Assembly: GCA_963768655.1 (NCBI GenBank)
Contig: CAVYIM010000005.1
Coordinates: 32,001 to 96,000, forward strand
Direction: 5' to 3'
DNA from: an uncultured Chloroflexia bacterium
GTDB taxonomy: Bacteria > Chloroflexota > Limnocylindria > Limnocylindrales > CSP1-4
Length of the DNA: 64,000 bases
Below are positions 58,535 through 64,000 of this stretch, piece after piece. Position numbers and translations under genes: made by a program. The notes beneath the pieces are model-generated. The model was given only the letters and a program-made list of their open reading frames with translations. It was not told where the DNA came from and searched no databases. Every line of letters begins with the position of its first letter. Position 1 is the stretch's first letter.

Positions 58535-60003
58535 TCGCCGGCCTCGTCCTCTCCGAGAGCGCCGCCTTCATCGACCGCGCCCGGCGACTCATCGTGGATC
58601 ACCTCGAGCTCGCCGAGGCCGGCCGCCTCGAGATCCTTGCCCACCGCCTCCGCGTCACCGACCAGTACGATGGCCAGCCGGTCGGGATGGATGTGGTCCG
58701 CCGCCGCCTTCCGAACGTTCTCCGCCGTGACCGCCTCGACGAGTCCGCGATAGCGCGCCAGTTCGTCGTCGGGGAGGCCGTGCACGAACAGCCCTCCGAT
58801 CGCCCCGACCACGGCCCCCGGCGTCTCGAAGCGGAGCGGGAACACACCGACCAGATAATCGCGCGCGACGTCCAGCTCCGCATCCGTGACCAGCGTCTCG
58901 CGCATCCGGTGCAGCTCCTTCACCGCCTCGGAGATGGCGGGCACCGTGACAGCCGTCTGGACGGCGGTCCGGACGGCGAATGGCCCGGCCCCCCGCCGCA
59001 TGTCGAAACCGGCGCCGACGCCGTACGTGTAGCCCTTCTCCTCTCGCAGGTTCAGCTGCAGCCGCGAGTTGAACAGCCCGCCCAGGATCGCCGCCATGAC
59101 CTGCACGGCGTAGAAGTCCGGGACGAGACGCGGCAGGCCGACGTGCCCGATTCGAACCTCCGACTGAACCGAGCCCGGGCGGTCGTAGAGTCGAATGATC
59201 GGTCGATCGACGGCCGCGACTGCGACGGGCGCTCGTCCGGCGAGGGACAGGCCGGGGCCCGAACCGCTCGACGCTCCGGACACGCCCGAACCGCCCGAAG
59301 GGCCGCTGGCCAGCGAGCCCAGTACTTCCTCGGCCAGGCGCGGCACGTCGATACCGGCCAAATCGCCGCCGACGACCAGAGCGCCATTCTCGGGCGACAG
59401 CACCGCGCGATGGATTCCGATCAGGTCGTCGCGCGTCAGCCGCCCGACCGTCGATTCGTCGCCTCCGGCAAGGCGCGAATACGGCGACTCGGCGGTGTAG
59501 ATCGTCGCGGAGAAAGCCTGCTCCACACGACGGCGCGGTTCGGCACGCATCTGCAGCAGGTCGTTGAGGCGCTCGTCGCGCAGCCGCGCGACCTCCTCCG
59601 CGGGAAACGTCGGGCGCTCGACGAGCTCATCGAGCAACTGCAGCGCGGCCCGCAGGCGCGAAGCCGCGACCTCGACGCTGGCGGCGAAGGCGTCCCAGCT
59701 GGCCTCGGCGTGGAGCGTCGCGCCGAGCCTCTCGGCGGCCTCGACGAGCTCCAGCCCCGGGTATCGCTCCGTGCCCTCGGTCAGAGCCCTCGCGGCGAGG
59801 ACGGTGGCGCCCGCCAGGTCGGCCGGCTCGTCGACGGAACCGATTCGGAAGACCAGGTTGGCCGACACGAGAGGCCGGCCCGGGACGTGAACCGCCAGTA
59901 CCTGCAGGCCGGACGGCAGGACCGTCCGCTCGAAGTCCGGGAAGCTGTAGGCGCGCGGCTGGCCCGGTGACGGTCGGGCGGCCAGAATCTCGTCGAGCGT
60001 CAT
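58531..60003 (-). CDS. M16 family peptidase, non-catalytic subunit
   Basis: No HxxEH; GGLFNSRL..NLREEKGYTYG. Confidence 0.9.
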   Translation of the reverse strand: MTLDEILAARPSPGQPRAYSFPDFERTVLPSGLQVLAVHVPGRPLVSANLVFRIGSVDEPADLAGATVLAARALTEGTERYPGLELVEAAERLGATLHAEASWDAFAASVEVAASRLRAALQLLDELVERPTFPAEEVARLRDERLNDLLQMRAEPRRRVEQAFSATIYTAESPYSRLAGGDESTVGRLTRDDLIGIHRAVLSPENGALVVGGDLAGIDVPRLAEEVLGSLASGPSGGSGVSGASSGSGPGLSLAGRAPVAVAAVDRPIIRLYDRPGSVQSEVRIGHVGLPRLVPDFYAVQVMAAILGGLFNSRLQLNLREEKGYTYGVGAGFDMRRGAGPFAVRTAVQTAVTVPAISEAVKELHRMRETLVTDAELDVARDYLVGVFPLRFETPGAVVGAIGGLFVHGLPDDELARYRGLVEAVTAENVRKAAADHIHPDRLAIVLVGDAEAVGKDLEAAGLGELEVIHDESPGAVDEGGALGEDEAGE

Positions 60004-61310
60004 GCCGCCGACTCCTGGTCTTCGCCCCTGGCCGCTCCGGCGGCGGGCATGTAGGTGAGCACGACGCGGTTCTCCGGCCGAAACACCTCCGCGGCTACGG
60101 CCTGGATCTCCTCCGCCGTAACCGACAGATACCTTTCGAGCTGGCGGTTGATTAGGTCGGGGTCGTCGAGCAGCGTCGCGAACATCGCCAGGCGATCGGC
60201 GCGTTCCTCCACGCGCTGGAGCGCCTCGAGCTCGTAGGTCTCGATCAAGGCTCGCGCGCGGGCGAGCTCGTCGGCCGTCACCGGCTCCCGGCCCAGGCGC
60301 TCGAGCTCCTCCTCAAAGGCGCGCTCGACGACTTCGGGATCGACTCCCGGCCGGACCGTCGCCTGACCTGCGGCGATCGATGCCCCGCCGACGAACCCCA
60401 GGGCGAAGAACGCGACGTCCTGAGCGATCCGTTCCTCACGCACTAGCCGGCGATACAGCCGGCTGCCCTTGCCGCCGGCCAGTATCTGCGAGGCGACCTC
60501 CAGGGCGTCCAGCCGCGGATCGCCAAAGCACGGCGCCCGAAAGCCGAGGTAGTGGCGCGGCAGCGGCACGCGATCCTCGACCACTTCCCGACTCTCGGCC
60601 CCCAGCGTGGGCGGCAGGCTCACGTCACCGAGCGGCGGGATGGTCGGATTCGCCGCGATCTCGCCAAAGTAGCGCTCCACCCAGGCTCGGACCTGCGCCG
60701 GATCTGCGTCGCCGGCGATCGCCAGGACCGCGTTGTTGGGCGCGTAGTAGGTCCGGAAGAAAGCGGCCACGTCCTCCAGAGAGGCCGCGTCCAGGTCCGC
60801 CATCGACCCGATCGTCGGATGATGGTACGGATGCTCCGGAGGGAAGAGGTGTTCCTGGAGCTTGTGGAACCACTGGCCGTATGGTCGGTTGTCGTAGCTC
60901 GATCGCTTCTCGTTCTTGACGACGTCGCGCTGGTTGTCGAGGTTCTCCTGGCTCAGGGCATCCAGCAGCGTCGCCATGCGGTCGGCCTCGAGCCAGAGGG
61001 CGAGCTCCAACTGGTGGCTCGGCATCGTCTCGAAGTAGTTGGTTCGGTCCAGCCAGGTCGTGCCGTTGAGTGTCCCGCCGGCCGCCTGGACCAGACCCAT
61101 GTGCTCGGTCTTGGCAACGTGGCGAGAGCCCTGAAACATGACATGTTCGAAGAGATGGGCGAAGCCGGTCTTGCCGGGAACCTCGTTCTTGGAGCCGACC
61201 GCATACCAGATGCAGACCGCAACGACCGGGGCCAGATGGTCCTCGGCGATGATCAGCCGCAGCCCGTTGGCCAATCGCTCGTCGGTGAACCTGACTGTCG
61301 GTGCGGACAT
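60000..61310 (-). CDS. M16 family zinc peptidase, catalytic subunit
   Basis: HLFEH (HxxEH), NGTT..DRTNY, VKNEKR, YAPNNA. Confidence 0.94.
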   Translation of the reverse strand: MSAPTVRFTDERLANGLRLIIAEDHLAPVVAVCIWYAVGSKNEVPGKTGFAHLFEHVMFQGSRHVAKTEHMGLVQAAGGTLNGTTWLDRTNYFETMPSHQLELALWLEADRMATLLDALSQENLDNQRDVVKNEKRSSYDNRPYGQWFHKLQEHLFPPEHPYHHPTIGSMADLDAASLEDVAAFFRTYYAPNNAVLAIAGDADPAQVRAWVERYFGEIAANPTIPPLGDVSLPPTLGAESREVVEDRVPLPRHYLGFRAPCFGDPRLDALEVASQILAGGKGSRLYRRLVREERIAQDVAFFALGFVGGASIAAGQATVRPGVDPEVVERAFEEELERLGREPVTADELARARALIETYELEALQRVEERADRLAMFATLLDDPDLINRQLERYLSVTAEEIQAVAAEVFRPENRVVLTYMPAAGAARGEDQESAA

Positions 61311-61525
61311 AAGGCGGGACTCCTCGAGGATTCGCGGTCGCCGATGCAGGACAGGGGTGCCGCGGTGCCAGCATTGTAGGGGCCGCCGCCGACTGCGGCG
61401 TCGGCGGCCGGCATCGGGACCCCCAGAGTGAACCTGCCGTCCGCCGGGCCCGCGCCAGGACGTCCGGGGGCACCGCCCGCTCGGCGCAACCTGCCCAACC
61501 GGACTTGATCTCCGGTACCGGTCTA

Positions 61526-61545
61526 TGTTAGATTGTTGTCTAACA
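61526..61545. promoter_or_regulatory. Palindromic operator upstream of the ArsR gene
   Basis: TGTTAGA-N6-TCTAACA overlapping putative TTGATC-N18-TAGATT promoter. Confidence 0.7.
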
Positions 61546-61568
61546 CGGTGTAAGAGGAACTACTAGAA

Positions 61569-62657
61569 GTGCCAGGGATCCAGAACCCACCGCGCGCTGC
61601 TCGGGAGCGATCCGGCGGTCTCGTCCGACCCGGTCTGACGATGACTCAGATGCCGGCGGTCGAGATCGACGTGCGCACGGGTTACGACTTCCTCATGAGC
61701 GGCTGCAACGACTGCGGCGAGCTCGAGGATCTCCTGCCCGAGGACCGCGTCTGGCTCGAAGAGGGCCGCGCGGCGATCGCCGGCGAGGTCGGAGAGACCG
61801 AATCCGCCAGGGCATGTGTCGGCTTCGTGTCCGAGATCGGCCGAATGCTACTCGGTCGGCCGGAGCTCAAGTCGGCCCGCCAGGTCGTCGGCGCCGTCGA
61901 CGAGCTCTCCGACCCGGAGTTGCTCGAATGCCTGTTCGGCGAGCTGATCGAGAGCCCGGACGTGGCCGATTCGGCCCGCAGGGCCCTCAACGGCGACGCC
62001 GAGGCATACGTGGAGCTGGGCGATCAACTCGAGCACTGGAAGGGTCACTCGGTCATGCCGGAGACCCTGGCCGAACTGGCTCCAGGCGCGCGCCGGACGC
62101 TTCACGCGTGGCTCCCCCGCTTCGAGCAGGTCGAGGCTCGCGTCGACCGCATGCTCGCCCGCGACGTCGCCGGCCGGCACCTCGACGACATGGTCGCCAA
62201 TCCCCTGGGCTTCGTCGAGAAGGCGACCAACGGCATCCGAATGGTCCCGGAGCAGAGGACGCGACGCATCGTTCTCGCACCGAGCTACTTCGGCCGGCCG
62301 TACAACTCGCTGACCAAGGTGGGCGACTCCACGCTCGTGTGCTATCCGATCGCCGACTCCGCTCTCGGGGCCGGCGGTAGGGCCGCTCCCCCGGTGGCGA
62401 CGGTGCGACTCTACCGCGCCCTTGGCGACGAGAGCAGGCTGCGCATCCTGCGCTTGCTTGCCGAGCGCGACCGCTACCTGACCGAGCTCGCCACCGATCT
62501 CGATCTCAGCAAGCCGACGGTCAGCCACCACCTGGCCCAGCTTCGGAGCGCGGGCCTCGTCACGATGACCGAGCAGGGCAACCTGACCTACTACACGCTT
62601 CGCCGGGATCGTGTCGAACAGGCCGGACCGGAGTTGAGCGCCTTCCTGGCGCGCTGA
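61569..62657 (+). CDS. ArsR/SmtB family regulator with large N-terminal domain
   Basis: C-terminal ALGDESRLRILRLL..ELA..LDLSKPTVSHHLAQLRSAGLV wHTH. Confidence 0.88.
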   Translation: MPGIQNPPRAARERSGGLVRPGLTMTQMPAVEIDVRTGYDFLMSGCNDCGELEDLLPEDRVWLEEGRAAIAGEVGETESARACVGFVSEIGRMLLGRPELKSARQVVGAVDELSDPELLECLFGELIESPDVADSARRALNGDAEAYVELGDQLEHWKGHSVMPETLAELAPGARRTLHAWLPRFEQVEARVDRMLARDVAGRHLDDMVANPLGFVEKATNGIRMVPEQRTRRIVLAPSYFGRPYNSLTKVGDSTLVCYPIADSALGAGGRAAPPVATVRLYRALGDESRLRILRLLAERDRYLTELATDLDLSKPTVSHHLAQLRSAGLVTMTEQGNLTYYTLRRDRVEQAGPELSAFLAR

Positions 62658-62697
62658 CCCACATGGAAACCGAAATTCAGATTTGATTGACCTCGAT

Positions 62698-62715
62698 GTT
62701 AGATAAGCAACTAAC
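62698..62715. promoter_or_regulatory. Second operator copy upstream of small ORF and MFS gene
   Basis: GTTAG-N8-CTAAC, same geometry as 61527-61544, in an AT-rich patch next to TTGACC. Confidence 0.65.
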
Positions 62716-62753
62716 TCTTGAGATCCAAAACCCTAACTAGGAGAGCAGGTCGA

Positions 62754-62978
62754 ATGTGGTACCAACCACCCGAACAGCGTCTTTCGATGGTGCAAGCACA
62801 GCAGGCAGAGATGCGCGCTTACGCCAGGGAAGCGCGCCGAGCCAATCGGTCCGAGGGCTCCCCGATGTCGCCTGAACGAGTCAGCGGACTCCAGCTGCGC
62901 ATCGGCCGACTTCTTATCGTAGTCGGGCGTACGCTCCGCGAAGACGAACCGCCTTGTCCGGACCTGATGCGCTCGTAG
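62754..62978 (+). CDS. Small hypothetical protein
   Basis: AGGAG upstream; RIGRLLIVVG motif resembling 49158-49352. Confidence 0.55.
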   Translation: MWYQPPEQRLSMVQAQQAEMRAYAREARRANRSEGSPMSPERVSGLQLRIGRLLIVVGRTLREDEPPCPDLMRS

Positions 62979-63055
62979 GACACGGCTCGTCGCCGCACAC
63001 TCGTAGGGAACGGCTCGTAGCCCACGCCCCGTAACGCACAATCGAGTGGGGACCC

Positions 63056-64000
63056 GTGACTCAGGCCTTCGTCCGGTACATGAGGAGCTTCACCGGATTC
63101 AGCCGCGACGCCCGGCTGTTCCTCGTCACGACCGTCGTCTACGGCGCCGTCATCAGCCTGTATTGGGCCGACTTCAATCTGTATGTGGGGGCGATCGGCC
63201 TCAGCCCTTCGACGATGGGCGAGCTGATGTCCGTGGCGATGCTGGCGGGTGTCCTGGTGGCCTTCCCCTGTGGCGCGCTCTCGGACCGCTTCGGCAGGCG
63301 CGCGGTGATGGCCGGCGGCATGGCCCTCGTCGCCGTTGCGCTGCTCGCGGCTCTGCCCGGCAACCTGGCCCTGTTGTTCGTTGGCGTCGTGGCCCTGGGC
63401 GCCGGCTCGCAGGCCGTCAGCGTGGTCCAGATCCCGTTCATCGCGGAGCACACTCAACCCGAGCAACGGAACGAGTACTTCGCCACGTGGTCCGCGATCG
63501 GCAACCTGACGGCCCTCGTGGCCACCCTGGCGGGTGGCGCAATAGCCACCGTGCTCGCCTCCAGTCTCGGGCTCGGCGGGGGTCCGGCGCCATACCGGGT
63601 CTTGCTCGTGGGCATTGCGGCGCTCGGTGCCCTGTCGCTGGCGACGTTGCTGCCGCTGACAAGCGATCGTCCCGGGCCCGATCGCCCGCGCCACGCACAG
63701 GGTGGCCGCTTCGGCATCGCCGTTTCCGATCGGGGCCTGATCGTGCGGCTGCTCTTGCCCGGATTCATCACTGCCCTCGGCGCCGGGCAGCTGATCCCAT
63801 TCCTCAACGTCTTCATCCAGACCAAGTTCAACCTCGGCCTGCCGGCGACAAACGCGGTTCTCGCGGTCGGGAGCCTGGGCACGACCATCGCCATCCTCGC
63901 CCAGCCGGCCCTGGCGCGGCGTTTCGGCCGGATCGAATCGATCGTCCTTGTCCAGGCGGCAAGCATCCCGTTCCTGCTGGTGCTCGGCTTCTCCCCGGTG
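63056..64000 (+). CDS. MFS transporter, 5' part (runs off window)
   Basis: Open frame from GTG 63056; GALSDRFGRR MFS motif A, multiple TM helices, LARRFGR repeat. Confidence 0.88.
   Translation, partial: MTQAFVRYMRSFTGFSRDARLFLVTTVVYGAVISLYWADFNLYVGAIGLSPSTMGELMSVAMLAGVLVAFPCGALSDRFGRRAVMAGGMALVAVALLAALPGNLALLFVGVVALGAGSQAVSVVQIPFIAEHTQPEQRNEYFATWSAIGNLTALVATLAGGAIATVLASSLGLGGGPAPYRVLLVGIAALGALSLATLLPLTSDRPGPDRPRHAQGGRFGIAVSDRGLIVRLLLPGFITALGAGQLIPFLNVFIQTKFNLGLPATNAVLAVGSLGTTIAILAQPALARRFGRIESIVLVQAASIPFLLVLGFSPV

Overview
GC-rich bacterial chromosome segment; gene content suggests Chloroflexota/Actinomycetota-like (inference). Housekeeping blocks: tig-clpP-clpX, cinA, a cNMP/Crp/adenylate-cyclase cluster, mrp, hisN, an ECF sigma pair, class II aldolase, araA-araD-araB, an ABC-2 exporter, rsgA, a two-component system, a rhomboid protease, an M16 peptidase pair and ArsR-MFS. 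The outstanding feature is a ~14.6 kb array (7793-22416, minus strand) directly downstream of tRNA-Leu(TAG). It holds nine co-oriented Kelch/beta-propeller lipoprotein genes. Each has its own copy of one ECF-type promoter motif (TCAC-N16-CGTCATCCT), and each unit ends in one of two tRNA-3'-end-like sites: four copies of the tRNA-Leu 3' half, or five copies of a GGTTCGCATACTG..CTCCTCCAC(CA) motif. The array also shows a hybrid site, orphan last-blade fragments, mosaic genes and a near-perfect 1737-bp tandem amplification. No integrase lies in the window. This looks like a tRNA-anchored cassette array that shuffles variable surface binding proteins, but the mechanism is inferred, not shown. Also found: a candidate ~214-nt structured ncRNA upstream of hisN and a leader-peptide attenuator upstream of the ABC exporter.
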